A stretch of 64,000 nucleotides of DNA from Schmidtea polychroa (Eukaryota), in contig CM097885.1 of assembly GCA_044892525.1 (NCBI GenBank), positions 122,574,001 to 122,638,000 of the forward strand, given 5' to 3'. This document shows positions 40,301 to 53,300 of this stretch, piece by piece. Under the pieces are notes generated by a model. It was not told where the DNA came from. It worked only from the letters and a program-made list of their open reading frames with translations, and searched no databases. How positions within the stretch are numbered: position 1 is the first letter of the stretch; each line of letters begins with the position of its first letter. Both the position numbers and the translations under genes were made by a program.

Positions 40301-43300
40301 GAAATGAGTTATCATTATTTAGACTTATTTAATAAATTAATTTTCAATGCTATAGGGTACAATTTCATTGTTTTAAATTGAATGACAAATTAATTTTAAA
40401 TTAATATAAATTGATTAAATTAATATAATTTTTAAAAAATATTGTCTTTACTATTTAATATTCGGAAATAATTTTTATGTTATGAAACTAAAATAATAAA
40501 ACAAAAAAATAATAATTATATATATGAGTTTCGTTTAAAGAGACTATGAAAAATCTTTGGATTACTAAATTATGTGCAAATTGAGAAATTATTTTTATTT
40601 AATAATTTTGAATTAAAACTTAATTTATAAGAAAATAATATAATTACTTGTTTTGCAAAGATACATTGATATCTCCAAGTTTTATCATACTCTTAGAACT
40701 CAAGTCTGCTGATAATGCCGATTCTATACTCAATTCAATAGGAAATCCAGTTATTGTAGAAACTGAGATTATAGCATCCAACAGTAACAAGGATTTGTCT
40801 ACTGAGAACTTCATATTTGGATTAAGAATATTCATTGTCAAATCTGATAAAATATTCGGAGAAAAATATATTTCCCGTCCCATGATTCTTGAATATATTC
40901 CTAAACTTAGCTTTTCTCCTTTATTTTCATTCTAGAAATATTTCAGTAATTTTATTATCGAATTTATTCAAAACCTTTTTATGCATTTTTAAGATTTCGG
41001 GGTGTACATTTTTATGAGGTTTAGGATTGAAATTCCCAAATAGTTTTTCTGAAATACCTTTGCTTCGAATTCCGAATTCCAAAATATTAACAGATCTTCC
41101 AAAAATATCGACAGATACATTTGTTGAAATAGAAGATGGAATTGGCGAATTGGAAAATAAAATATTTGTATCTAATTTAACGGCTGAATATCCTCTTTGA
41201 AAGGTTTTCTCTATATTTTTGGAATATGTTCGAAAATCTAGGTTAAACTTTCGAGTTAAGTCACTCATTGGTTTTGTGAATATTTGTAACATATCTCGAA
41301 GTTCAGTTTTAAAACGATCAGAGGTTTCCATGAGATTTGAAATATGACTCCAAACAAATGATCCCAACTGTTAAGGTATATTTTAAACAAAAAAAATCTT
41401 TATCCTTAATACCTGTTGATTATCTTCTTGGTTCAATCTCTGAATAATTTTTCTAAACGTTTCCCGAAATGGACATCGTATTAATGAAAGATATGCTTGA
41501 ATTCTAACTTCAGACGAATAACTAATATCATCATAAACTTTCCATAGGAAATTCTATTTGTCATTATTATATATACTAAAATATATACAAATTAAGCTTA
41601 CATCAATATCTGCGTGACAAGGAAATTGTCGTAATGCTTCCACAGCATATATCTTGACTTCATTTTGATTTACCTTTGAAGTGACACATGATTCTAGAAT
41701 TTTTATTAATTTTTTATAATCATGAAAATTTCCAGAATTTCCTAGAGCTCGTAGTGTAAATAAAATCTAAACAATTAAACAATTTTTTTTTAATATTATA
41801 TATTTAAAAAAATTATTTTACTTTTTCATTTGCTTTACTATTATCAAAATAGCAATTTTTTTCAATATATTTCACTAATTTATCCATCGCATATATGATA
41901 TCGGGATTTAGGATGCATCCAGAAGTTTTGTCACAAAAAGATTTAATCATAGAGGACAAAGTTAACAGTAGAGAATTATCAAATTTCGGATCATCAAGTT
42001 TATTCTGAATCAATTATTAATAAAAGGGGAAATAAAATTATATATAATCTACTGCAAATAATTTAATTATTGTTGGTGTTGTATTTTCAAAAAAGGAAAT
42101 TCCCAATTTTTGAAAAGTTTCCGAATTAGAATTTTCTATTAAAAATTTGAAAGCTTGTTCATTTTTGGTATGAGGCAGAGCATCGAGTAGTAAATTTCTA
42201 TGAATAATATAACATTATTTATTTAAAATAAATAAAAAATAAATAAATAATAATTGTAATTTTTTCTTTTAAAAAATTATTTTTGCAATATATTTCAATA
42301 GCTCGCCTGTCATCTCTAGGCCCTAAACTAATGTAATTATTACAAAAAAAATTGCAATGGAAATGATTGATGATGCTGAAATGAATAGAGGAGAATAATT
42401 ATGAAAAAAACTGATAAAATAAATGTTTGTTGATGCTTGTTTTGTTTCAGTTTTTTAGTTTCTATTTCTAATAATTTCAGAAATATTAGATAATCTTTTT
42501 TTAAAATATTAATAAAAGAGTTAATGTTAAATGTTTTTCATAGCCATGTAAAGTTTGTCCAGCAATAAATCTATGATGTCATTTGGTCAATGTTCCGAAT
42601 TCGTATATCATTTTCGTTGTAAACGGTTTAATGCCACATAAATAGAATATACTTTCCTTTCGAATTCGAAAGCATATCAGATAGAGTGGAAAAATTAAAA
42701 TTATAAACAATAAAATACACAAGTTGAAAATAGAAATGCTTAATTTTAAATAATATTGAGAACACATTACTAGTATGGCTTTAAATATAAAAATCATTTT
42801 ATTAAGTTACAAAAATGTTACAAAATTATATTTTATAAATGATTTTTTATTTAAATAAATTATAATAAAAAAAAATTTCAAAATTTGTGTTAATTTTGAA
42901 TTTTAAACTGTTCCAAGGAGACGTAAATGTTCATTAATAATTTTGCAAAGTTTTATTAATTAGTAGGTAATTTTATTTGTCCTGTCATAAAACAATTATT
43001 CCAGTTTTATATTGATGATATCAAAAAGGTTCATGACAGTTAAAAGGGGAAAATATGTTTTAGAATAAATCTCCTTAACTGACTAGCAGCTTAAGGTTGA
43101 GGGAACATTTAATTATTTATAAAGAAATATCAAGTATTCGGAAAAAAGAAAGATGTCAACAATAGAAGTTCAAGCAAAAAAGACCCAAAAACGTCAAATT
43201 GAATGGGTGTTTTTAATAGTAAACTTAGAGATAAGTCAAGTTTTGTCATTAGAGTTATCCGAAAATTACTATACCTTTATTAATTAATTTATAAATATTT

Positions 43301-45024
43301 TATTTTTCAAATATTTTTATTTTAAAAATTTAAAGAGAAAATTGATTACTTCAACTTTGATTTATTTGAAGAGCATTCGGAATTTTCATTGAAATATTTT
43401 TCAACCTCTTTTATTGCTTTATAGTCAACATCACTTAGAGATCTAATAAGTTTCACAAATAACTGTGTTTTTTCCATGGCAGCATTATTCTTCTTTAGAG
43501 TCGTGCACAATTGTTTGGCAATGTCTAATAATGGAATCGATTTACTCTTCATGAATAAAGGTGCTTGGCTTCCATGATTCATTGTCAAATCGGATCTTGT
43601 ATTTGGAGCTAAAGTTGTGACAATAATAATAATTTGAGAGGACAATTTCTAAATACTTTCAGTTGAGACTTTTCCGTTTTTTATAGCATCAAATCGTATT
43701 TCATGTTTTACTTCAATTTTTGATCCAGTTTTATCACTAGAAAATGGTTTAAACACTTGAGTTTCCTTGCAGATTGATTCTTTTAAGCCTTCGGATCTTT
43801 TCATTTTAATATTACATTCATACGAACCGTCTAACAAAGCTAGATGTCGGTTTTCCTAGTATTTAGAAAAAATAATGTAAGTAATTTTCCTTATAGCATA
43901 TAAAATTATTTGATTTTGGATGCTTTAGAAAATATTATTAACATTAATTTTACCATAGGTTCTTCAAACTGTCTTCCTGACAAAGTGGAGAAATATTTAT
44001 TTTTCCTAGCACATCCAGCAATAGATTTCATTTTTTTGACAATCACAAAATTTGGTGGTTCTGGTGAAGTTGAATATTCGGTTATACAATCACCGGAAAT
44101 ATCAGTCTAATAATATATTGTTAATAAAATTTTACAAAGAAAAATATAAATAATATCGATAATATTTTTTTAATATAAAAGTTTTGAGATTTTATATTTA
44201 GTTTATTTAAATAATTAATTTATATATTTTTCAATACAAATAATATTTAAATATTTATCATTTATTTTATTAAATATATTTATAACATATATAAATATAT
44301 TGCTCTTTAATATAAATAGAAAAGAAATAAACAAAAATTAATTTTAATAAAAATAATTTTATTTACTTCTGTTAAATAATTAGGAGAGTCTAGGCTGTCC
44401 AGAGATATTTGGAGACTTGAAATAATAGCTTTCTTTACATTTACCGCAAACTCATTATCCTTTTTATCTTGACATATACCAACAACTCGTCCATCATCAA
44501 ATCCGAATCTTAAAGAGTAATTTTCAAGGAGGGTCTTCATCATTTGGTAGTCTTTTTTCACGTTACTGTTTTCCAAGAAAACCTCTTTTAAATTTGTGTT
44601 CGAAAGCTTTAAAAATAAATGTTATAATTGTTAAAATTAATAAAATAAACCTTTAATCCAAAATCACAAGCTGATATTTTTGATACTTCCGCTTTGCCAC
44701 TTAATTCAAGCTGCAAAGTTTCTTTTTCTGAGTTTGGATTCTTTATTGTATGTGACGAGAGAAAGTCATAAACATAGATTTTGTCTTCTTCATATTTAAA
44801 AATCTTTTCTTTTCCTATTGAATTTCAAAAGATTAAACCTTACTTCAAGTAATATTATACCTCTACAGCTACTAGCACAAGATTCGCCTGGTTTGAGATT
44901 TAAAGAATACGCTGAAAATATTTGATTAAAATTAATTTACTTAATGTTTGATCTAACCGTTTGAAGCAATACAAATGACATAAATTATGCAGACCAACTT
45001 GTACGAACTGCTAATCTGATTCAT
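25368..45024 (-). CDS. Large lipid transfer protein of apolipophorin/apoB type (Vitellogenin_N, DUF1943-like, long beta-rich region, VWD, C8-like, Cys-rich tail); >30 exons, roughly 4,000 aa by my estimate
   Basis: ATG at 45024 (MNQISSSYKLVCIIYVICIASNA signal peptide). FKYEEDKIYVYDF, SGDCITEY, CKETQVFKPFS, VGSFVWSHISNL. VWD motifs IVTFDDNAIKIGSGECSYLLARDF and GLLGSNDFEKSND. Final exon ends CYCTAGNYENGKTECKNIKI* (TAG at 25368). Some internal exon boundaries are approximate. Confidence 0.88.
30888..35159 (-). CDS. Giant single exon (4,272 bp) of the lipid transfer protein gene
   Basis: Uninterrupted 1412-aa ORF bounded by an AG acceptor (35160-35161) and a GTGAGT donor (30887). Rich in alternating hydrophobic/polar beta-strand patterns. 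Confidence 0.85.
35800..36003. mobile_element. pogo/Tigger-type (Tc1/mariner superfamily) MITE in an LLTP intron
   Basis: TA|CAGTCATACCCCGGATAACGTT ... AACGTTAACCGGGGTATACCTG|TA: ~22-bp imperfect TIR and a TA TSD. Confidence 0.8.
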
Positions 45025-45545
45025 GTTTAAAAAACAGATAAGTCCGTAAAATAATTCAGGGGTAATTATCAGTTTATTTTATAGTATATAAATTTGGTTA
45101 CTTTGGACCTCTTCAAATTATGAGAGATCATTATGTTTAAGATTTCGAGTCTACCTTCACTATTTTTCACAACACCCTTTGTTACATAATCACTCAACAA
45201 GTCCACGGACACTTAAAAAATTTTAAAACGATGAAAATACTTAATACAAATGATATTCTACCTTGACATTATTATCTAAAATCATTTTATTTTCGAAAAA
45301 AGTTGAAATAATATGAAATCAAGTTATTTTTAAATTTTTATGATATATAGAAACATTTGAAAAAAAAGTGCCTGGAAAAAAAATTCTTATTTTGATATTT
45401 TTAATCTTGACTTTTGAAATTGTGAATCATTCAAAGGTCAATATTTTTAAATATTCTTTTTTTTATTAAATGGAATTTTAAAATATATAACTAACTATCA
45501 AGTGAAGAAATTAACAAATAATTAAAAAATATATTTTGTTTATAT

Positions 45546-45845
45546 TAGTGGTTCTTAAACTTTATACTTCACGGACCACGGGTGAAAAAATCGTAAATCT
45601 ACCAAAACTACCAAATAAAATTTTAACTTTTTTCTAGAGGAATAACAAACACCCAAATATTTGTTTTATTCAATTTTAAATATAAATTTAACATAAATAT
45701 AATTTCATTACTAATTTTAACAATATTTAATATTAATTTTATTACATTAATCATTATTTCCAAATTTCTGAAATATAAAAATAATTTCAATTTTTGAATT
45801 TAATTTTGATTTTTATTTCTTTGTGGACCACATTTTAAGAATATA
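45546..45845. mobile_element. Degenerate hAT-Charlie-like MITE
   Basis: Left end TAGTGGTTCTTAAACTT and right end GTGGACCACATTTTAAGAA resemble Charlie-type termini. No TSD recognised. Confidence 0.45.
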
Positions 45846-46085
45846 TTATTATTATTATTATAAAGTTGACATTTATTTGACTAAAACATTTATTATTTAT
45901 TTGTAAAATATTTTATCTTTACCATAGGTCTTTTTCAATTTTCGTAATTTTTATGTCATTTTGAAACTATCAATATATATATATTTGGTCGGTACATGAA
46001 TTTTCGTCACTGTTTTGGTTAAATGTTGATTAATATTTTATTAAAAGACTTGAAACATGTGTTTATTGAAAAGAAAATATTTTAG

Positions 46086-46302
46086 CACTAGATTTATGGG
46101 TAATAATAGCCGTAAAAATAGGTATACCTAATTCGACATGCGAAATGAGGTAGTCGGTAGAAGAGAGTATTTAATATTTACCTATATTTCATGACGTATC
46201 TAAAATCCAATATATGTATTCAAAAAATAATAAATCAGTATTACATATATGTAGCAATAGAATTTTAAATGAGTCAAATTGACTCAGTCCGTAAATCTAG
46301 TG
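46086..46302. mobile_element. piggyBac-type MITE, copy 2 (same family as 8304-8508)
   Basis: CACTAGATTTA...GTAAATCTAGTG|TTAA, with an internal sequence shared with copy 1. Confidence 0.8.
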
Positions 46303-46913
46303 TTAATAATATATAGGTATTATGATTTAAATAAAGAATAAATGTTCATTGTTTTTACTTATTTTTAGAAAAAAATAGCCTAGCAATGTCAAATTTAAAG
46401 ATTTAAAGCTTAATTGTCAAATTGACAGTGAATAAATGCTTTTAGACATCGAATAAAAACTTTAAAATAAATATATTTTAACAATAAAATTATTATTCAG
46501 TCTTCTATCTATTATAAAATTGTATTTATGCATGGAAAATTTAATAAATCAAAAGCAAAAACAAAACGTAAGAAGTTTGCTTTTAGAAAAAATGTAAATA
46601 CTGACATAAAATTATTGAAGATTTTTATGAGTCTGTTGGGTCACATTAAAGACTTTTCTGAGCAGTAAGTTGGACACCCGTGGTTTAAAGAAATCTATTA
46701 AATAAATGTCAAAGAATCATTGCGATAAAATTAAAAATTATTTGTAGCTTCTGGTTTGCTTGTTTATGCTTGGGATCATTTTTCAAGAATCCTTCTTTCA
46801 CATAACTTTGTATTTGATGATGAAACACTATCGAAAGCAACATTTTATGACATAATAGTCATTTTAAATGAAATGCACAAAGATTACCGTTGCTATTCCA
46901 CATTTCTTTGATA

Positions 46914-47223
46914 CACTGGTGAATCCAGACCATCTAGTAAGAGGGGTGGGAGATTTTTAGGTTTTTGTGGCAACCGCATGCAAAGTCTATACTCTTCGTC
47001 AAATGATTGTATTTCAAATTTCAATAATAATAAATTACTTCAAAATATAATTTACAGCAGTGTATATCTACATTAAAATTTGAAAATTTTTTGTTGACAT
47101 TGCATACTGTCTTTAAAAAGGGCTGCAAAAGCCAAGCAAAATAAATCGCTAAAGAAATTTCTTTCCAAATAATATAAGGGAGTAAAGGTACGCCCCCATC
47201 GCCACCCTATGGATCCGCCACTG
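46914..47223. mobile_element. Possible degenerate hAT MITE
   Basis: CACTGGTGAATCCA at the left and TGGATCCGCCACTG at the right form an imperfect TIR. The flanking 8-mers do not match. Confidence 0.4.
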
Positions 47224-47309
47224 ATAATATATACTGTAATATATAGAAAGGCACAAAATAGAAAGATGCACAATTAAAATCAATAAAAACACCAAAATAA
47301 TAAAAATGC

Positions 47310-47727
47310 AAAAAATAATAAAAAAATTTATAATATTTGAAAACCACAATAACTTATCAATAGAAGTAACAAATATCCCATAATATATTTCAAAACTGGT
47401 AAATGTAGAATTATGGGGTGTAAGGAAATAATCATAGCTTTTGAATATAATGTTTATGATTTAGAAATACAATCGACATCAATAACTTCTGATATGGGTT
47501 TTTCTTTTAATTTAAATAACTTGGCGAAATTAATACCATGCGTTTACTAACCAGAATTATTCCCAGCTTTGAGATATATGTGTGTTAATATATTCGCTAG
47601 TGGTAAGATAGTAATTCTTGGAATAAAAAATATTGATTACAAATGTATAGTTGATAATATCATATCTGAAATTACATCATTAATTGAAGGAAAAGAGCTG
47701 TTAGATTTTTTATTATCACTAAATTAA
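47310..47727 (+). pseudogene. Intronless, truncated TATA-box-binding-protein-like pseudogene
   Basis: One frame gives PIIYFKTGKCRIMGCK ... CVY*PELFPALRYMCVNIFASGKIVILGIK, matching the two TBP repeats (IFxSGKxxxxGxK and YEPELFPGL). In-frame stops, e.g. TAA at 47548-47550. Confidence 0.7.
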
Positions 47728-49305
47728 TTATTTAAAATATCATGTGATTGCAAATTCAGTGCAATTGAAATGCATCATTCTGATTATTCGATATCTAATT
47801 GGCTGTTATTTGTTTTAAAACATGATGTTTCTTCATTTATTAATTATTTTTAAAAATGTACAATATTCAAAGCTCTGCTTTAACAGACATGAAAGAAATT
47901 GAACTTTATGGTAAATTTAAATTTTTATTATTACTTGGATTTAACATATTATTTACAGATGAATATCAGGCAATAATACTTGAAAGATTACACTTTTATT
48001 ATCCACAAATGTATGCTATCCTGAAAGATTGAGATGATGCAATAATTGCAGATTTAATCTACAACGAAACCAGAATCTGGATATTTGATATTATTAATAT
48101 CTTTCTCTGGGATGTGAGGATCGGAAGAACTATGAAGGAAGTGGAACCAGATTACCCCTGCTTTATTGGATGCAGTTGTTGTAATTTCCGCTACCAAAGA
48201 TATGTTGAATGATCTTTGGTAAAGACTTCGAAATTACCATTTCAGTCGAATTGTCTCAAAATAAATCTTTATGTTTAATTATTTATTGTTTTGTTTTGTC
48301 TTTGTAGTAAATAGTAATAAAACTAGTAATAGTAATAAATATTTATAAGACTAATCGAAACAATAAATAGTAATAAGACTGATAAAATAGTAATAATAAA
48401 TCATAATTTAAGTTAGAAAGCTAAATGCAGCATAAGTGCAACTTAAATGCAATTTAAACAAAGACATAATTTAAACAAAGGTATGCTTTAATCTGATTGG
48501 TCAATCGATATGTTTTGAAGGTATAAATTTATACTATAAAAGAACAGTTCGAACTTATTTTGTCATTAGTCAAAATGACAAAGAAAGTATCTAGCTCCGA
48601 AAAAGTAAAAGCTGTTGAAGAAATTGCGCAACCGGTTCAGTTGTTTCACAATTACAAAATGTATTTCCTTAAACAAGAAATCAATATAAAATTTGTAAAA
48701 TCAGTCAAACTACACCAAACTCAATTGCAATTTCTAGCTGGAACTCTCTCAATGATAGACATTAAAGCTATAGATGAAGTTTTCAATAAGATGGATTCAA
48801 ATCTATAATGCAATCAAAACGCTTTCTTCAATGCCTGATATGCAAGATATTATGACGCCTTTGCAGAAATAGGTTTTAAGGAACAGGAAGCTGGTATCTA
48901 ACAATTACAATTCAAGGCTATAAAGTCGATCAGATGAGGTGTTTTCTCCTATTTGGAAAATAAAAACTGCGTGAATTTCACAAATATTTTAATAAATGTA
49001 GTAGTTAAATAAATGTATTTAATCAGNNNNNNNNNNNNNNNNNNNNNNNNNNNNNNNNNNNNNNNNNNNNNNNNNNNNNNNNNNNNNNNNNNNNNNNNNN
49101 NNNNNNNNNNNNNNNNNNNNNNNNNNNNNNNNNNNNNNNNNNNNNNNNNNNNNNNNNNACAAAGTTTTATTTCATTTGAAAATGTTTAAAATGTCGTCAG
49201 AAAAAGGTGTAACATATAAGTATTTAATGGACATTAATTTTATTTAGAATATTTAATAAACTTTTTGTTTCAACAATTAAAGGAGTTAACCGGTTTAACG
49301 TAACT

Positions 49306-49653
49306 TGACCTACTTATTTAAAAAACAATAAAGTCGTGACCTACTTATTTAAAAAACTATATAGTCTTAACCTACATCTTTATTTAATTAAAGTTTAACT
49401 ATTAAACTATATAGTGTGTGTGTCTGACCTACTTATTTTTAACTTGACCTACTTAATTTTAACTTGACCTACATATTTTATATAGTGTCCTGGAGGTGAC
49501 ACATGTTTAAAGTTGACTTGACCTACATAAAAACTTTGAAAAATTTGTGAAAAAATCGATAAAACAAGTCCAATTTCATAAAAACTTAGAAAATTTTCAC
49601 AAAGCACCATGGGAAAATAGTGAAAATTCAAAAAATTTGACTTGACCTACATA
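49306..49653 (-). promoter_or_regulatory. Homotypic cluster of seven WAWNTAGGTCA motifs (ROR/Rev-erb/HR3/E75-type response element consensus), or transposon subterminal repeats
   Basis: TGACCTAC(T/A)TA on the + strand at 49306, 49337, 49425, 49445, 49465, 49519 and 49643, all in one orientation. The motif is certain; function is not shown. Confidence 0.4.
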
Positions 49654-50186
49654 TTTTTAGCTTATTATTATTTTTACTCAGCAGGGGGGAGAGGGGGTAG
49701 TGTCCTGGAGATGACACATGCTACTACTCTTATGTAAAAAAATTCGCATTATTTTTGGCCACTTCAATTTTTGAAATAATGTTTCGACTATTGTTTGAAG
49801 TTTCAACATTGATGACTTTTTTTAACCAATTATTGCTCTTCCCCCGGCGATTATTTTTTTGACTTTGATTGGTGACCAATCTAACACTCACTTAACTTTA
49901 TTTTATCATTTACACCATCTACAGAAATTGAAAGCACGAAAGCTGTTGAGATAATATTTGCATTGTTCTTTTCCAGTAATTGAATATCCATTGAATAATG
50001 TTTGGTACCCGGAAACATTTCCTTCTGTTGACATAACTTCTTAATTTCAAGCACCGACTTAATTATTTCAACTTCAGAGTTATTTTTTCAGATAATATTT
50101 TAAGAACTTATATGAATATTTGTATTCCAATCCTGTGAATATTTTAGTTAATTTTTGTTATTGGACAATTTATGGTGCAATTAATA

Positions 50187-50350
50187 TTTCATTTATTTTC
50201 ATTACGACTATAAATTAAGTTTTCCTTATGTAACACAAATTGTCAACACTGCCTTTTTAGATGTTTTTACACTTGAAAATAACAACGAAAAAGACAGTGT
50301 TACATAGGGAAGAAATTGATTTATATTTGTAATGAAAATAAATGAAATGT
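50187..50350. repeat. Imperfect long inverted repeat (~50-bp arms)
   Basis: ATTTCATTTATTTTCATTAC...TTCCTTATGTAACAC pairs with GTGTTACATAGGGAA...GTAATGAAAATAAATGAAAT. Confidence 0.65.
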
Positions 50351-53300
50351 TCAAAGAAAACAAAAACATATAATAAGCATGGAAAAATATTCATGGATTT
50401 TCACTAAATTCACTAACAAATTATTTATTGAAAATTTGGGTAAAGATTTTTTCTTTTCGTTAAACAACGTGGTGTTTTTCTTTTTTAGATATTTACAAAA
50501 AAATTTCCTTTAGTAATAAATGAAAATTATTTCACATCCTTTTATTATTTTACCTTTTCATAATATCCCTGTAGGATAACAGTAAATAATACTTAGAATT
50601 TTCTTAGAATTGATTAGAAGATTTTATGATTTAACTCAAACTCAAATTCAATTACAAAAAAACGTTCATAGGAGCATTTATGTCAACCGAAGCTGCTAAA
50701 TTATATGAAGGATTCAATGAAGTAATTGACAGTTATGAAGAAAGAATCAGAAAAGCCTTCGAAGAACCTTCAAATTTAGGAAGAGATTTAAATTAAGCTA
50801 TCCGTTACAAAAAAGGTAATGAATAAATTCAAGACTTTTTAGAACCATTGATCGATTGTAGAAAATGTCTTAAGACACGAATTATCGAAAGAGAAATTAA
50901 CTGCCTTTAACGGAGATAAAGATATAAAAAGATAAATCAGGATGAGAAATATTTCTAATGTAAATGAGATTAAAGAGATCATTATGATGATAGAAGAAAT
51001 TAAGAAAGAAATGAAAAATGAAGAGATTGCGGCTATGAAACCATTCAAAAGAAGTTATGCAAATGTGGTTCAGAATCGGAGCCAATATCTAGCTCAACTA
51101 CTACCACGACAACAACAACAACAAAGATTTCGAGAAAGCCTACCACACAGAGAACCATTTAGAAACTATAATAGAATTGTAGATCAAAGGACAATCAATT
51201 CAGGCATCACAAAATAGATCGGATTTTTCAAATTTATCTGATCAGTCAAATCGAAGATATGAACAACCACGATCAAAACAAAGTTGGGGATGCAAAGAAG
51301 TAGAACACATAAGAACTCAATGTCCGAACCTAAAATGTTCCCATTGCAAGACAGGCCATTTTAAATTTTAATGCTTCAATTTAAGAGAATTTCAAAGCTA
51401 AAGATATCAACAGAATATAGCAGTGATTGCAAACTAAGAAGACGACGAGAATCTGAGATCCGACAGTGAATACCCAAATGCCAACGTTCCAACACAGGAG
51501 GAAGTGATTAGAGCGGTAAACTAAATGTAAGAAAGATCTTGAGCAATGATTGTATGTATAAGAATGTTTGTAATTGTTTGCATGAAATTGAATTTTTTGA
51601 CAATATTTGGTATGATGATTGTGGTATGCTTGATGTTATATGTAGATAAAATACTGTAGATAAAATAGATATCGATATTGACAATAAAGTATGCACTTTA
51701 AATAATGATTATGATAAGGTAATAAAATACGATAAAATGGGGGAGAGTAGTTTCAGTATGAATGTCTTGATTAATAATAAGAAATTTAATTGGCTTTTGG
51801 ATACGAGAGCCATGATAAGTGTCATTCGTAAAGAAGTACTAAACGCGCTCGAAAACGTAAAAGTTGAAAATGAGAGCTCATTAGATTTTATTAAAAATAA
51901 AAATTTTAAATCAAGAAAATAAAGTTGATTTCTTTATCGCAAATGAAATTTCACCAAGTGTATTAGGAGGAATTAATATGTTAGATCAATTTAATATTGC
52001 ACTTGTAATGAACCCACAAAAAGAAAATATTTTAATGTTGGGTGATAGAAAACCAAGTAATTTAAAAAATAATGATCAAATTAGTCGAGAATAAAATAAT
52101 TAAAGAATATGAAAATATATTTATGAAACATAAATGGGATTTAGACAAAACAAATTTAGTAAAACATGATATATTAAAAAAAGGTGAACCTATTTTTATT
52201 AAGCCTAAACGTCAACCATTTCATCTTACTGAGAAAGTTGAAAAAATATTAAGGATATGGAGGAAAATGGAATAATAAGTCAATGTGAGTCTCCGTTGAA
52301 CTCACCTTTAGTGTGTGTTAAAAAGAAAGATAAAGATGATATTAGGATATGTTTAGATTATAGAGCGTTAAATGGGGTGACATTTCTCATTCCGAATACT
52401 CAAGAAATGTTAGATATTTTGTATGGCGCCAAATATTTTACCATCCTTGATTTAGGAAATTCTTATTTATAAGTTGAGCTACAAGATGAATCTAGATTAA
52501 TAACAGCATTTTCCACTGATAATACTCAATTTTGTTTTAATCGCATGCATTTTGGCATGGCAGTTGTGCCTGCAGCATTTCAAAAGCTCATGAATAAAGT
52601 ATTAGGACCACTGAATAGTAAAGAAGTTGTTGTTTATCTTGACGATATATTAATATTTTCGTCTTACTTGCTAGAACACTATAAGAGAATAAGAAAAGTA
52701 TTTCAAAGAATAAGTGATTCTGGGTTAAAGATTAAACCAGAAAAATGTTATTTTATTAAAAATGAGATAAAACTTTTAGGGCCTGTCATAAACGATGAAG
52801 GAATACACACTTCTAACAACAAAATTATTGCGATTAAAAATTTCGAAACCCAAAAATATGTTAAAAAAGTACGAAGTTTTCTTGGATTAACAAATTATTA
52901 TCGTTGATTTATAAAAAATTATAGTATGTATTCAAAATCGCTTGAAAATTTGTGCTGGGTAAATCAGACAAAAATTATGTAGACAAATGAATGTGAAGAT
53001 ACCTTTCAAGAATTAAAGAAAGCATTAGTAAGGGCTCCAATTCTTGTATTACAAAGGAATTTATTTTGGACACAGATGCCAGTTTCAACAGAATTAGAGC
53101 AGTTTTATCACAATTAGATGAAAATGGCAAAGAAAAAGTAATTGCATATGGTTCGCAAGCAATGAGCAAACACGAAGTAGGTTATTGTATCACTCGGAAA
53201 GAATTATTAGCCATAATTTATTTTACCGAACATTTCAAACATTATTTATATGGTAAAAGGTTTAAACTAAGGAAGACCATAAGGCAATAAAGTTTATGTT

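Noticed and set aside
47310-47727. The organism's functional TBP gene
   Set aside because: In-frame stops, a short deletion between PELFPALRY and CVNIF, and strong divergence from the canonical TBP core.
49306-49653. CRISPR-like array
   Set aside because: Eukaryotic context, short 11-13 bp motif, irregular spacing, spacers related to each other, and no cas genes.
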